From NCBI RefSeq assembly GCF_009914755.1, contig NC_060926.1: a stretch of 64,000 nt of DNA. One strand, given 5' to 3'. The stretch comes from the human T2T-CHM13v2.0 reference genome, Homo sapiens. The notes beneath the pieces are model-generated. The model was not told where the DNA came from. It worked only from the letters and a program-made list of their open reading frames with translations, and did not search any database. The position numbers and the translations under genes are program-made. This document shows, piece after piece, positions 1-15,580 of this stretch (position 1 is its first letter; each line of letters starts with the position of its first letter).

Positions 1-3000
1 TGTAGGGAGCAGTAAATGAAGAGAAAATTGCCTTGGTCAAAAACATAAGGAAGTTGTGCATAAAAACAGTAGAAAAAATGTTCCCCAAGACTCCTTAAAG
101 ATTTAATGTATTTAGAGCCAGTTTTACAAACATAATAATTACAGAGTAAAAAAAATATGTTCTTTTGGGTCAGATATGCAATGGAAAAAGGGTAAGAAAA
201 GGGATTATAGAAAGCATTTAGATTTCATGCACATTGAGCAATAGACCAAAAAGTAGAGTTTGGAAGGTGCCCAAGTTTCAGGATTTAAATTCTGCCCTCT
301 GTTATTCACTATATGGAAGAACTTTCATCATTGAATGGTTCAACCATGTACATCTTTTACATAACTTCCTAAGTTAGTGGGTGATCAGTAAAATTGCCCA
401 AGCAAGAAAGAGCCCAAGACAAAAAAAAAAGAAAAAATAGGAACCCCAGCCTTCAAGAAAACAGTGCTGCTGTGTCTACCCTGAGTGCAGCAGGGCAGCA
501 GCTTCAGTGGAGGCCAGGCAGGGCCTCCAGAGCGGGAGCCTAGGTGTCCCTCCACGAGTCCCCAGGGCGGCTGTGGTCAGCCCTCCCCCTGGCCTCCTGA
601 GGTCACTCTCAGGGAACAGGTTCTGGCCTAGTATCTCCCAGCTGCTCCACCTCCTGGGATTGGAAGGTGGCCTGGATCTGTCTGGTCATTAACGCGTGTT
701 TAGGTAGCAAAACAATGTAAAGTGTATGTTTTTTAAGACTGCAAATGTTGGAGTCTCCTCTGCAGGCTCCCCAGGCACAGTGGCCAGCCCTTTCGGGCCC
801 CAGCCAGCTTTTTAGCTAGTTTCGCAGAGCCCAACCTCAGCTGAAATTCTGAGAGAACAGGACCTCGCTGTGGGAGGCGGAGCCCGGGGGGCCAAGCCCA
901 CACCTCTGCCCTCCTTTCTTCCAGCTTTTCTTTTAGACTGGACGGCCTGGTAGGGAGCATCCCAGAGCATGAGGGCTCTGCCAGCAGAAGGCATTTGAAT
1001 TTAATTCTGGTGAAAGGCCCAGGGGCCAGCGTCCCTGTGTCTGTGTAGCACCCCAGGACTCTTGGAGGCCCGGTAGGCCCACCCAGCAGGGACACAAGCC
1101 CCAGAGAGTCCCCAGAGAGGCCGAGATGTGAAGACCCCTGGGACTGCTCGACGGGAGGCGAGAAGAGACCTCACAGCCAGAAGAGGGGGAGCTGCCCCTG
1201 CTGGCCCTGCCCTGCCCGACTCACGCAGCGAGGTGCCGCATCAGACTGAAATGTAATTAGAGTGTAATGCAAGCCAGGACGCGCGGAGACTCTTAATTGA
1301 AAATTCCATTTCCAGCCCCATCACGGCTCACAGCGCCGATGCTATCAGAGATAGACGCGGCCAGCACCCGCAGCTCAGCCCCACACACCCCACCCAGCCA
1401 GCACCACCCCGCCACTGCCCCCCACTTCGTGCTGCAGGGCCTGCGCCAGGCCACGTCAGGGACATTTCTCGGGGGAGGCCGAGAGGGGCGTGTTGAAGAG
1501 GGGTCTTAGCTGAGACTGCCCTGAGTCTCCACCGCTCCCCCGGGTCACCTGCCTCCCAGGCTCTGCAGTCACGTGGGGCACCTGAGCTGGGGAAACACAC
1601 ACGGGGTGGGGGAACACGCTGAGCCAAGCCTGGCCCCTCCACACACATTCTCCTCCCCATGCATCCTCTCGGGTGCTTTATGGTTTTCAAATGTGCATTC
1701 TACAGGTGACAGAACAGCGGCTCTGAAGCTCACACCTCGCCCACCCTGTCACCCAGCTGCGGCTCGAGTGCAGGAACAGTCACTTTCAAAGCAGGCGTTC
1801 TTGTGACTGCTGATGCCGCCCAGGCCGCGTCTTCTGTAGGGCACACTTCTTGGGGCAGGGTGGGGGCACCGCCTGCAATGGGCAGCTCCCCAGCCACCGC
1901 GATTGATCCAGAAGACGCCAGAAGCAAACAGGGCAACGCAAAGCTCCCTCACTCAAACAGGACTTTTGAAAGGACAGATGCAGAAGCTGGGAGTCGCTGC
2001 AGCAGTGGTCTGGGTTCCACCACCACCGCCACTGACACCGAGGACTTGGCCCTCCTGCCTTCCTTTGCTGCTGTGGAACACTCCATCAGCCTTCCAACAG
2101 ATGTGGGGACCCGGGAAGGTTTGCAGGGTGGTGTTTGTTCATTTGGTTGCCTCACTTAGAGTGGGTTTTCGTTGCTTGCAACCATAGAACTTTAGATAAT
2201 TAAATCTAAAGAGGTCTGAAAAGGTGTAGAGGCCGAGGCCTTTGTCATTCCAGCTCCATCCCGTGGCTCAGAACTTATCCTTGCATCTCCGATGCTCCCC
2301 CCACTCAGGTTCCACTACTCAGACTCGTGCCCTGGCCGTTCCCCTGCATAAGCACCCTCCCCACCCCAAACCCCACCTTTCCACCAATCAAAGAAATTCT
2401 ACCCGTCCTCCAAAGACTCCCTTCAACCACCTCAGCATACTATGGTCTGCTGCAATACAACAATCCAAAATAATAACCAAACCCAGCATGTGGCTTCATA
2501 CTGCTGTTTACCTGGCTAATAAGGCCTTTGATCATAGAAATTGCAGTCTCTTGTCACTGCACACACAGATGGTCTAGCACAGGCTGGGAACAGAGCAGAT
2601 CTACTGATCTGCTTGAGAACGGTCCTGGTGGAGATGGCTATGTCCTGACCAAGAACCTGTTTCGCTTCACATCTCCGCTCCACAGCCCAGACTCCCATGC
2701 ATGGAGGCTTGCAACCAAAGATCTTTAGGTAATTAAGTTCTGTAGGGCTGTGCTCTAACCCATGGAAAGTGAGCCAGCCCACAGCTCTTGAGAAGCAGCT
2801 GTGCCCACCCACACCTTCTTTCCCTTCCCTTTGGCTAGTTGCAGACAACAAGGAGGCCCTAGGTGATGGTAGGGGCTAAATTCTAAATCATTGTATGATG
2901 GAAAGTCTCCAGCAACTAAGAACACCTGCTTTAAACAATTACATAAGTGAGAAATAGACTTCTATTATGTCTGAGTCATTTGACATTTTGTGGTCCTTTT

Positions 3001-4319
3001 GTCAGAGCGATCAGTACTACCCACCTCCTGCAGATGCTGATCGCAATGATGCAGGAGCTGGCGATGGGGTCTGTAGCAGAGACATTTGTGAAGACAGCCA
3101 CAATAGTTATGGGGCCGTGGTCATGGTAAGTGTGGCAGGAATGGTGGCAGGAATGGTGGGTGGCCACCTTAGTAATGATGCGGCCAGTATTGTTAATGAC
3201 TGTGAGGTTAACTACAGTGATAGTGATACAGCTGAAAAATACTTTCCCTGTTACCACAGAAATGGCAACTAGACCCAAAGCTGCAGAAAAGAATCACTAA
3301 GTTGTCCCTATTCGAAATAGGGTTACCAACATTTTGGGGGCAGGCACTCCCTCAGAGACCAGTAAGTGTTGGGAGAACAGGTCTCTGAGCCCTGCCCTGA
3401 TGGAAGAGCACCCACCAGTCTATGTAAGCAGAGGGCTGGGAGGTGATAGGTTGCTCCTTCCCGGCTTCCCCACCCAAAGCCAAGATTGGAAGGCGGTGGG
3501 GGGATGGCCTAGATGTCCTGAAACAAGGAAGGCTGCATCTCATTCTCCCGTTGAACACCTGCCCTGAGATGTGGGGTGGCCCTGCTGGTTCCTCCAGAGA
3601 GCTCATAGTCCCTCAGTGTGGGATTCTTGTGCATCCCATAGAGAACCAAGGTGTGGACATCTGCCAAACAGGGCATCTGTGTCCATTAGTACAGTGACAG
3701 CCACTCAAGAGGGGACTGCAATAGCAGCTGGTTAAGTAAAAATTTAGACATGTGTGTCACCCTACTCCTTCCTCACTCTCAACATGGGGGTGGACAGGAC
3801 TTCCAGAGGGGAGGGAAGGGGTGTAAGACTACGCCTCCTCCCCTTCAATAAGTCACAGGCTGAGACTACACTTGGGAGGAGGGAGGAGAGGATATTTCAT
3901 TTGCATGAGAGTGGGGTTTTAAATCAGATGGATTTGCACCAACAGAAAAGACCACATCATATTGTAATGAAAATTGTCAATGATATTCTCAAGGGATGGG
4001 AAGGGGAGTATGTACAGAGCCCAGGTAAGGCATTTACAGGGGAAATGGAGCCTTTTGTTAAAGTAATGCCCCACCAATTTGAGAGTTAATAGACTGGTTA
4101 CATCAGGAACAGGAATAATGGTGGTGATTCATTAATTTTTTTCACAAAATGTGCACTGTGAGGCTGCCAAGTTGCAGGCCATGAGCTGCTGGGAACAATG
4201 CTGGCAGTGGCCACCATGGTGGAAATGGCAATAGTTCTGGATGCTGGGGGCGGGGCAGTCTCCGCTCCCTCAGCCCCTACAGCAGCCTGGGCCCCCTCCC
4301 ACTCTCAACTGGAATGTCT

Positions 4320-4790
4320 GTTAGGATACTGGTGCTCACTGTAATCGAGACTCAATTTCACAAAGATTAAGCAAGATTGAAGTTTTTTTCTCACCCATGA
4401 AAACATCCAGGGAGTTGGGGCTGACGAGGCAGCTTCCCTCACCAGTGGCCCAGTTTCCATCTACCATGCGTTGCCATCCTCAACATGTGGCTTCATCTCA
4501 AGCACAGCCCGCACCATCAGGCCCACCTCCAGCCAGGCACCAGCACAAGGGAAGAACAAGATGCACTTCCCTTGATGGGCTTGGCCAGAAATTGCAGGTG
4601 TCATTTCCAGTCACATCCCATTGGCTGGAACTTTGTTGCGTGGCCATACCCACTACAAGGGAGACTTGGAATGTCCATGCCATCTTTAGCTGGGTGGCCG
4701 TGTAGCCAACTAAAAACTCCATCACTGTGTAAGGAGAAATGGATACTGGAAAATAACTAGTGGCCTTGGCCACATGGCAGTGTCTCCATT
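4320..4790 (-). mobile_element. Old MaLR LTR (MLT1J/K-like)
   Basis: cacatcccattggc...ggccatacccactacaagggagac motif typical of old MLT1 LTRs. Confidence 0.55.
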
Positions 4791-4799
4791 TGCCAAAGT

Positions 4800-5312
4800 A
4801 ATCTTTTAAAAAATATTAAAATCTTTCCATTCCCTATGGCGGCCCATGAGGCCCTGTAAGATCTGGTACCTGCCCTTGCTTAAACCCCACCTTGTACCTT
4901 GTTCTGCCTTACTCATTGTTCTCCAGCCACACTGGTAGAGTCTTGAGAGCCCCATGATATCTAATTCCTTGCCATCCTGGGGACTTGGGACTTGCTGTCC
5001 TCTGGCAAACAATGCCTTCCCCCCAATCTTCCTCACCTTGCAGGCTCAGATTGGCTTGAGCCCCTTAAACAGGCCTTCCTGGATAGATCCCCAACCACCC
5101 ATCCAGTTACTCTCTATTGAGTCACTTTATGTCTTTGTTTCTGGGGACTTATCAGCACCAGTAATATCTTGTTTATTTATTAGTTCTCTTACTGCACTTC
5201 TCCCCACTAAAATGTAAGCTCCGTGAGGGCAAGACCCTCCTTGTCTCGTATGTTCACTGTAGAGCCTCTGCACTTAGCCTAGGTAAAGTCTCAATAAGCA
5301 TTTGCTAAATAA
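4800..5312 (+). mobile_element. L2 LINE 3' fragment
   Basis: ccactaaaatgtaagctccgtgagggcaag...ctcaataagcatttgctaaat matches the L2 3' end. Confidence 0.75.
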
Positions 5313-6619
5313 CACTAAGGTGTTCCGAGACTGCCTCCTTCCTTTCCAAGGGGACACTGTGGCTTCATATTTATTCTCCGTCATGTACAAAGACAGTTAA
5401 GTAGGTAATTTGGCCCTCAAGAAGACCCCCAAATCTACCTACCCAACCAGCCACTTGATTGAGAATGCCTGGCCCACCCCATCAGGGTGTCTGATTCTCA
5501 ATCAAAACACCACACAGAGTGAGAGAGAAAAAATTGCATGTGGCTCATGACAGGTTTCCCATCACAGAAATCAGATCACCAGTAAGCATGGCCCAGTGAC
5601 TGCCTCAGACTCTCCCCTTGGGGAGGAGTTCATAAAAAAGTAAGAGCACGAAGACAGGAGGTCTGCTGTGAAGAGGTTTAGGAGTGAACTCCCTAAGGCT
5701 AGAGATTTGTGTAGATTAGGAAAGATGAAAACTAAGGCCGGAAATGAAGTAGGGAGTTACCTGCCCCTAGAAAGCCATTGGCCTTGGTTGTGGAAGTCAG
5801 AGCTGCTGGTCTCAGCCCCACCCTCAGTCACCACATGAACAAGGATAAGTCATGCCACCTTGCTGGGCAGCTGCCTCTCCATATGTTTAATAAGAGTTAC
5901 TACGTTATCTCTTGGGTCCCTTGAAGTCCTGGTAGTCCCCGGGAAGAAAGGGTTTTCTTCATTAGCACCAAAGCCCACCAAGCTCTGCACTGAACAGGGT
6001 TCCCCTCCAAGTGCCTCCTGTCTCCATCACTACATGGCCCCTCTTGTAAACACATTGCTGTTTGCTGCGCCTCTGAGTCATCAAACATTGGCAAAGGAAT
6101 CTGAAGAGGGTTCACTTGACAGTCCAGCAAGCTGGTGTCTGAAGCAGCTGGGCGTGGCTTTTTTCCATCTGTGGATCCTTTGCCATAGGAAGGCAAACTT
6201 ACTAGCACCCCGTCCCGTGCAGCATGCAGGCAAGGGGCCACAAACTGCTGGCTCAATAGCGAGGAAGTTTCTAACAGGTTTGGAAATCTTTTATATCAAC
6301 ATCCCTTATGGGTGCTGAGTGGCCCTGGAGTAGCATCTTTTCTGGCTTAGAGGAAAACAAAACTCCAAACTATTTATAAGGGTATCTACAGAAGAAAAAG
6401 AGAGAGAGAGAGAGAGAAATTCCACCATGAGTGGGGGACAAAAATGTTGAGTATTTATTTTACCCCCATCCCTAAACTAGATGCTATGAGGAGTGAGGTC
6501 CAGGTTGGAGTGACAGTTTTAAGCTAATGTCTTCCCACCTCCTAAGTTCCAGGAAATAGCGGGACAGCGCAGGATGGGAAGGGGCCTGGGAGGATGACAT
6601 ATAGGTCAGTTTGTTTTAG

Positions 6620-7410
6620 AACTGTAAAAAATGAAAAAATTTCTAGAAAAACATGACACAAGAAAGTAGAAAATCTGAATAGTTTTATAATGATTTTAAA
6701 GTTAAAACTATAAATCAAACAAAAAACTTCCCACAAGCAAAGCATCAGGCTAAGATGGTTAGCCCAGAAATCTGTAGCAAACATTTAAAGAAGAAATAAA
6801 GCCAATATTACACACAGCCTTCCAGAGACACAAAAAAGGAGACGTCACCTTAGTCATTGAGGCTATTTAACGTGCAAAATCAATTTATATCATTCCTCAC
6901 ATAAACGGAATAAAGGAGAAAGATCATATGAGTATTTCAAGAGATGCCGAAATGATGCATGTAAATACATTTCGAGGCCTGTTTATAATAAAGCCCTCAG
7001 CAAACTTAGAATGAAAGGGAACTTCCTGAATCTGATAGAGTACAGTTTACATCACACTTAACAGTGACAAAATGATCATTTTCTCCCTGCAGTCAGGAAG
7101 AACACAAAGATGGCCACTCTCACTGCTACTGTTCTACATTATACTGGAGGTCTTAGCCAGGCAAAGAAAAAGAAGTCAAAGGCATAAAGTCAGGAAAGGA
7201 AGAAATAACACTCCTTATTTACAAGTGGTGTGAGTATATGTGCTGACAATACCAAGGGAAAAAAACAATAGTTGAATTTTGCAGGAACACAGGACACATA
7301 CTCGATAATAAAAATAAATTGTATTTCTATACACTAGCAACAGACAATTGAAATGAAATTGAAGAGATAACACCATTTACAATACCATCAAAAAATATCA
7401 AAGATAAAGG
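6620..7410 (+). mobile_element. Old L1 (L1M) ORF2 remnant, resumes at about 17105
   Basis: A-rich degenerate ORF2 (aaacatttaaagaagaaata, gggaacttcctgaatctgata, gtatttctatacactagcaa). Confidence 0.8.
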
Positions 7411-7419
7411 AAGTCATCC

Positions 7420-7467
7420 ACGCTGGAGTCAGCTCATGCCAGTTCATGAGAGTCAACTGAGCATACT
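7420..7467 (+). mobile_element. MER63 (hAT-Blackjack) left part
   Basis: cgctggagtcagctcatgccagttcatgagagtcaactg resembles the MER63 5' end; the rest is at 16960-17105. Confidence 0.65.
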
Positions 7468-8400
7468 TGTGTTGGTTTTCTACTGCAGCATAACACCACG
7501 TACTTTGTGGCTTAAAACAACACTGATTCATAACACATTCTGTAGGTCAGAGTCCAGCGGGACGTAGTTGGTTTCTCTGCTCAGGGTATCACAAGGCTGC
7601 CATCAAGGTGTTGGTTGAGTTCTCATCTGCAAGCCTTGGAGAAAAATCCACTGTCAACCTCATTTTATCGTTGGCAGAAATCAGTTCCTTGCAGCAGTAG
7701 GACAGAAGTCTCCAGTTCCTTGCAGGCCACATTCAGGAGGCCATTCTCAGCTCCTCAATGGTCCCTGCATTCCTCATCACATGGCCCCTTCAGCAACAAA
7801 GAATTTCTTGCACATCAAATTCACCAAATCTTTTCCCTCCTGTTCAGTGACCAGACAGAGAAAACTCTGCTCTTAAAAAGCTTATGTGGTGAGGTCAAAA
7901 TCACCCAGGTCATTTCTGAATCTGAGGCCAAAGGTACCATAGTCCGTAACATAATCATGGGAGCAAAATTCATCATCTTTATAGTTTTGGAGATTATGCA
8001 AGGTTTGTAAACACCTTGAAGAGGTGTTTGCCTCTCAAGGAAGAGGTTAATTTTGGGGAAGATTTCCCAATATTGCTCAGTACAGTCCATCCTCTGACCC
8101 CCAAATATTTACATCTCTCCCAAATGCAAAAATACATTCACCTCTTTCAAGGTTGGCAAGGGTCTCATCCCATTAAAGCATCAGTTCAAAGTCAAAATTC
8201 TCATATGAATCTCATCATATACAATACCTAAATCAGGTGTGGATGAGCCTCCTAGGTGTAATCCATTAGGTGTGGACTCTTGGGCACACTTGCTTTCCAT
8301 CCATGGATCTGTGACATTAGAGATGGTTACCTGCCCAAAACGCTCCTTTCATACAATTGTGGGACAGGTATAGGATAATAGTTATAAGCATTCTGGTTCT
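7468..8400 (-). mobile_element. MLT1 (E/F-like) 3' LTR (7468-8084) plus 3' end of MLT1-int
   Basis: tggcttaaaacaacac / ttctgtaggtcag LTR motifs; LTR/int junction at tcagtaca|gtccatcctctg. Confidence 0.75.
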
Positions 8401-9507
8401 TAGGTCTGATGCCAAAAAGAGAAAAATGATAAACTGGATTTCACCAAAATTTAAACCTTTTGCTCTGTGAAAAATTCTGTTAGATTAAAATAAGGGAGAA
8501 AATATTTGCAAACCACGTATCTGGCAAAGCACTAGTATCTAAAATACAGAAAGAATTTTCAAAACTGAATAGCAAACTAAGAATCCAGTTAGAAAATGGA
8601 CAAAGGTCATGAACAGATTTTTTGCCAAGCAGACACACGCATAGCAAACAAGCATCTGTAAAGATGTTCAACGTGCATTAACAAACACAAATTATAACCG
8701 CAGTGAGATACAACTACACACCTATCAGAACAGCTAAAATAAAAAACAGTCACAACACCAAATGCTGGCAAGGATGCAAAGAAACTGAATCACTCATATA
8801 TTGCATATGAGAATGAAAAATGGGACAGCCACCCTAGAAATCAGTTCAGTAGCGTCTTAGGAAAAAAAAAAAAAAAAAAAAAACGTAACCACCATTCAAC
8901 CCAGCAATTGCACTCTTGGATATTTACGTCAGAGAAATAAAAACTTACATTCACACAGAAACTGTGCACGAATATTCATAGCAGCTAGCCAAAACCTGGA
9001 AACAACAGATGTCCTTCAAGTGGTGAATGATTAAACAAACTGCGGTGCCTCCATACTACGGAACACTACTCAGCAGTGAAAAGGACCAAACGACCAATGC
9101 ACACAACAACTTGGACAAATGTTCAGGGATTATGCCAAGTGAAAAAAGGGCCTATCTCAAAGTGTTACACACTGCATGATTCTATTTATGTAATATTCTT
9201 GAAACAAAATTATAGAAATTGAGAACAGACTAGTGATTGCTAGGGACCAAGGAAGAGGGAGCTGGATGTGGGTATAAAAAGGCAACATGAGATTGTTTTG
9301 CTAATGGAACTGCTACGCATCTTGGTAACCTACAGGCCACATTTGTCCAGCTTCCAAATTAACCCCCTGGAGAAGGTCTGATGATTCACAGCTTATATCC
9401 TATCCCTGAGTAGAGAATCTCAAGTCCCTCAAATCTTAATCAGTTCCTCAAACTGATTAATATATAACCTACTGACATTGAAAAAGACACTGATTTGTTT
9501 CTGAATC

Positions 9508-10085
<578 letters not shown>

Positions 10086-10509
10086 GAAATCATAAATCAT
10101 AAAGTTTGCTAACTGTCTTGCATGTAAAACCTTGTAGCCGGTATGTTGTCATCTGTAGCCAATGACTGTAACCGCTGTATTGTACTGTCCAATGAAGAGG
10201 ACAGCTCTAATAAGAGGCTCCTCTCTTCTCCTAAACTTTCCCATAGAAATGTTCCAACTTAGAACAGACTCTGGAACACATTGAATTTTGTTGGTGTATC
10301 TGCCCATGTCAGTCTTCACATTTGGCTTCCAATAAACCTTCATCAAATTAGTTTGGTCAACAATCTTGACTGTATCATGTCAATATTGGGTTGTGATATT
10401 TTGTAAGAGATAACCATTGAGGGAAACTTGGTAAAGACACACAGAATCTCTTTGTAATATTTCTTGCATGTGAATTTTCTATTATCTCTAAAGAAAAAGT
10501 TTAAATAGA

Positions 10510-12540
10510 AACATTGAGTTGGCATTGGAATTGAACAGTTGGTAGAGGCTGACAGAATTTTGAAAGACGAGATAGGAAAAAACCCTTGATTGCTCTGATC
10601 AAACTAGTAGAAATGTGGACATTAAAGACGCTGTTAGTAAGTGCTCAGAAGGTGTAAGGAGCATAGTAGCGAAATCCTAAATTGCCTTAGAAAACAAGTA
10701 CATCTCTGTGAGTAGACTGTTAACAGAAATCTGGAATTTAAGAACACTTTTGGACAGAGCTCAGAATTAAGTAGGGAGCATGTTATTGGAGGAAGATATA
10801 TCCTTGTTAAGAGGTGAAAGAAACCCTAACAAAATTGTATCCCACAGTCCTGTGGAAAGCAGTACTTGTGACAAACTTGCTTATGTGGCCAAGGAGATTT
10901 CAATGCAAAGTGCTGAAGGTACTCCCTGGTTCCTCCTTGCTGCTTGTAGTTAAGTGAAAGAAGAGAGAGAAATTGAGGGGAAAACAGCTAAACAAAAGGA
11001 ACCAGGGCAGAATGGTTTTGAAAACTATCACCTTCTCCAGATGGCAAAAGATGTTAAATGTCATAAATAGCTGCTGAAAGTTTGCTTAGAGAAAAGCCTG
11101 CATGTGTGACTGGACAACACTCTGCTGAAAGTTTGGAAAGGTTTAAGGAAAAAAAAAAGGTCAGAGTGTTCAGGCACAAACAATCCCAGGGCTTAAGGGT
11201 GTGAGTAGTTTCTCAAAGTTGAGGGCTTCTAGGAAGCTTTCCAGCCTTCTAGGTTTGCTCCTCAGCCACTGAGGGAGAAGTCAAAGATAGAGAAGGCAGC
11301 AACTCAAAATAACCTGGGAATGCGGCTGTTGCTAATGGAAACAGAACATGCTGCAAACCCATGCTCCCTTCCATGAAGTAGGAGGGGTGCCTCCGAGGGT
11401 GGAGCCAGGAGCCACGCAGGCCAATTCCCATGCCGTGAAACCTGATCAAGGATCTCTGGCTACCATTTGCCTGGCTGGATTTCCAAACCGCTTTGGACCG
11501 CTGATCACTTTTTAACCTTCCATTTCTTCCTTTTTTGAGCCAGAATGCTTATAGCTATTACCCTATACCTGTTTCACGATTTAGGATGAGAGTTTGGGGG
11601 CAGATAATTGTGTCTGTGGTGTCACAGGTCCAGAGATGGAGCAGAAGTGTGCCCAGGAGTTGCACCTAATGAATTACACCCAGGAGCCACATCCACACCT
11701 GATTTAGATTTTTTTTTTTTCTTTTTTGAGACAAGGTCTTGCTCTGTCATTCAGGCTAGAATGCAGTGGTGCAACCACAGCTGCTGCAGCCTTGACCTCC
11801 TAGGCTCAAGTGATCAGTTTCCCCAGTAGCTGGGACTACAAGCATGCATGTACCTCCACGCCCAGCTATTTTTTTTTTATTCTTTGTAAAGACAAAATTT
11901 CCCTGTGTTGGTCAGACTGCTCTTGAGCTCCGGGGCCTCAAGTGATCCTCCTGCCTCAGCCTCCCAAGTAATGGGGACTACAGACATGCACTACCACATT
12001 CAGCTTATTTTTAAACTTTTTGTAGAGTGTGGGTCTTGCTATGTTGCCTAGACGGGTCTCAAACTCCTGGCCTCAAGTGATCCTCCTGCCTCAGCCACAC
12101 CACATGCTTGGATTACAGGCATGAGCCATCATAGCCTGCGTGATTTAGATATTGTACATGAAGAGATTTTGGATTTTTGGACTGATGGGCTTTATATGAG
12201 ATTTTGGACTTTGAATTAATGCTCTAGTGGAATGAGACCCTTGCCAACCTTGGAAGAAGGTGAATGTATTTTTGCATTTGGGAGAGATGTAAATATTTGG
12301 GGGCCAGAGGATGGACTGTGCTGGGCAGGATGAAAAATAATCCCCAAGATTAACCTCTCCCTATTTACGCACCTTGCATATCCCCAGGAACTTTAAGATG
12401 ACGAATTTTACTCCCGTGATTAGGTTACTGACTATGGTACCTTTTGCCTTAGATTGGGAGATGACCTGGGTGGACCTGACCTTGCCACACAAGCTTGTTA
12501 AAAGCAGAGTTTTCTCTGGCTGGTCACTGAACAGGAGCCA
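10510..12540 (+). mobile_element. MLT1-int plus start of 3' LTR (from 12317), opposite orientation to the flanking LTRs
   Basis: ttggcattggaattgaacagttggtagaggctg int start; ggggccagaggatggac|tgtg junction. Confidence 0.75.
11710..12140 (-). mobile_element. AluJ-like trimer
   Basis: Three monomers between TSD tgatttagat (11700-11709 / 12141-12150). Confidence 0.85.
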
Positions 12541-12642
12541 AAGCTCTGTGGTGATATCCCATTTCATTTCTGATATTGATGATCTTCTCCTTTTATCTTC
12601 ATTGGGCTTACTAAAGCTCTATTGTTTTATTAAAATTTTTCT

Positions 12643-12957
<315 letters not shown>

Positions 12958-13432
12958 TCATTGATTTTCTCTATTGATTTCCTGGGGTTTTTTCTGCCCT
13001 TATCTTTATTATTTCTTCTGCATACTTTACATTTATTTTGCTCTTCTTTTTCTAGTTTCTTGAGGTAGATATTTGAATTATTGATTTAAGACTGTTCCTC
13101 TATTCTTATGTAAACATTTAGTGCTATAAATTTTCCTCTCAGCTGTGTTCCACATATTTTGATACGTTGTATTTTCATTTAAATATAGTTTTTGTATTTT
13201 TTATTTCTATGAAAATTATTCTTTGACTTATGTATTATTTAGAGGAATGATTTTGATTTCCAAGTGTTTTGAGATTTTTCTGTTGTCTTTTTACTTTCGA
13301 TCTGTAATTTGATTCCATTATGGTCAAAAAACATAATCCACATGATTTCAATTACTTTAAATTGTTGAGGTTTGTTTTATGACCTAGGATATGGTCTACA
13401 TTGGTGAATCTTCCATGGGTGCAAAAAAACAT

Positions 13433-14030
<598 letters not shown>

Positions 14031-15015
14031 AAGCAAAACAAACAAACAAACACACACACACACACACAAAGAAAACCGGCAATGTGTTCTCTGCTATTGA
14101 GTGGACAGTTCTATAGGGGTCTGTCAGGTCTAGCTGGTTTATAGCATTCATTGTTCAAATCTTATATTTCCTCCAGTTTTCTGATTCTGTCTTCTGTGTT
14201 TTCTACTCTACTCTTAAGCCCATCCAGTGAGGTTTTTTTTTATTTCAGTTAGTGTATTTTTTAGTTCTATAATTTCCATTTTGCCCCTCCTTATAACTTA
14301 TCTTACATGGCTGAGATTTTCTACTTTTTCATTTGTTTCCAGAGAATTCACAGTTGTTTGTTGAAGCCTTTTTATGATGGCCACTGTAAAATCCATGCCA
14401 GATGATCCAACACCTGATCTTGCTCTGTGCTGTGACCTGTTGATTGCTTTTTCTCATTCCTGCTGTGGTCTTCTTGTTTCTTGATCTGGTGCATGGTTGT
14501 CCATTGTAATCTGGACATATGGGACATTATATTGTGAGAACTCTGGATTCTGTCTAGGTTTCCCCTTTTTAAGGGGCACAGTTGAGGCATAGCACAAGGG
14601 CTAGGGTACGTACGGTCAGCTTCACGCTGAACTTACTGACAGCAGCCCCACAGAAGTAGGGCTGTGACTCACACTGACCCTTGAGGGTGAGTGAGGTGGA
14701 AGTTTAGCTCCTCCCTCTATGTCCATGAGCACTTTCCCTGCAGCACCAACTTGTACAGGCTCATCGCTTCCAAGTGGTGATGTGAGATCAGCTCCCTGTG
14801 GGACCCCACTGCCACCAAGGGAAAAGAGAGGGGAAAGTGACTCACACTGCTTTGCTGCTGCAAGGTGGAGTCAGGAGCTCAGGTGCACCTGCTGAAACCA
14901 GGGAAGAGACGGGAAAGCTGAGCCCCAGCTAGCCCTGTTCCCCATCACCTTTTCCACCTCCTTGGTGCCAGGTGAAGGTGGAAACTAATCCCATTCCCAC
15001 TACCTTATAAAGTTT

Positions 15016-15580
15016 TGTAGGGGAGGAAAAAACTCTTTCTCTGCTTTCTTGGGGGTTCAGTGGCTAGCGTGTGCAAATCAAACTGATTTTTAAAAATCAA
15101 CAGAAGAAGAGAAACGTTTATTTACACTTGCAACACATACACACAGGGGTGCAAAGTGTAAGTAACTCAATGAGATGGTTAGAATTTGGAGCTTAGAAAA
15201 CCATCTTAACAAAGGTAAATAAATCTTCAGAGAAGTGACAAGAGGAAGGAAAAAGGATTTGGGCTTTAGGGGCAGTGAAGGTAAATATCTGGGGGAAGCC
15301 AGGACAGATAAGGATTATGTTAGTGGGGTTTGCTTGTGCAGACCCAAACCCAGGTCTGCTTTCTGCCTCCAGTGATAATGGTTGTTTTGTCCTCCTGGTA
15401 TGGGAGAGGGGAGGGAGATACCGTCACAAAGGGAAATTTATGCCCTGCCTTTAGGCAGAAATTGAGGGGGTGGAGCGTAGAGAGCTTTTCCTGCCTCTGC
15501 TGTTTCTCAATTGCCTTCAGCTCAAAATAATCTCTATGCCCAAGTGGCATGTTTTGGGGTAGCATATTCCAGTGCCCTTA
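15016..15580 (-). mobile_element. ERV1 solo LTR (MER31/MER67-like)
   Basis: cagctcaaaataatctctatgcccaagtggcatgttttggggtagcatattc end motif. Confidence 0.6.

Noticed and set aside
507-2187. Dense short ORFs on both strands
   Set aside because: Expected in GC-rich DNA; no domain or consistent exon structure recognised.
2967-3278. Overlapping ORFs of about 100 aa
   Set aside because: Degenerate GAT/GGT low-complexity DNA with no recognisable domain.
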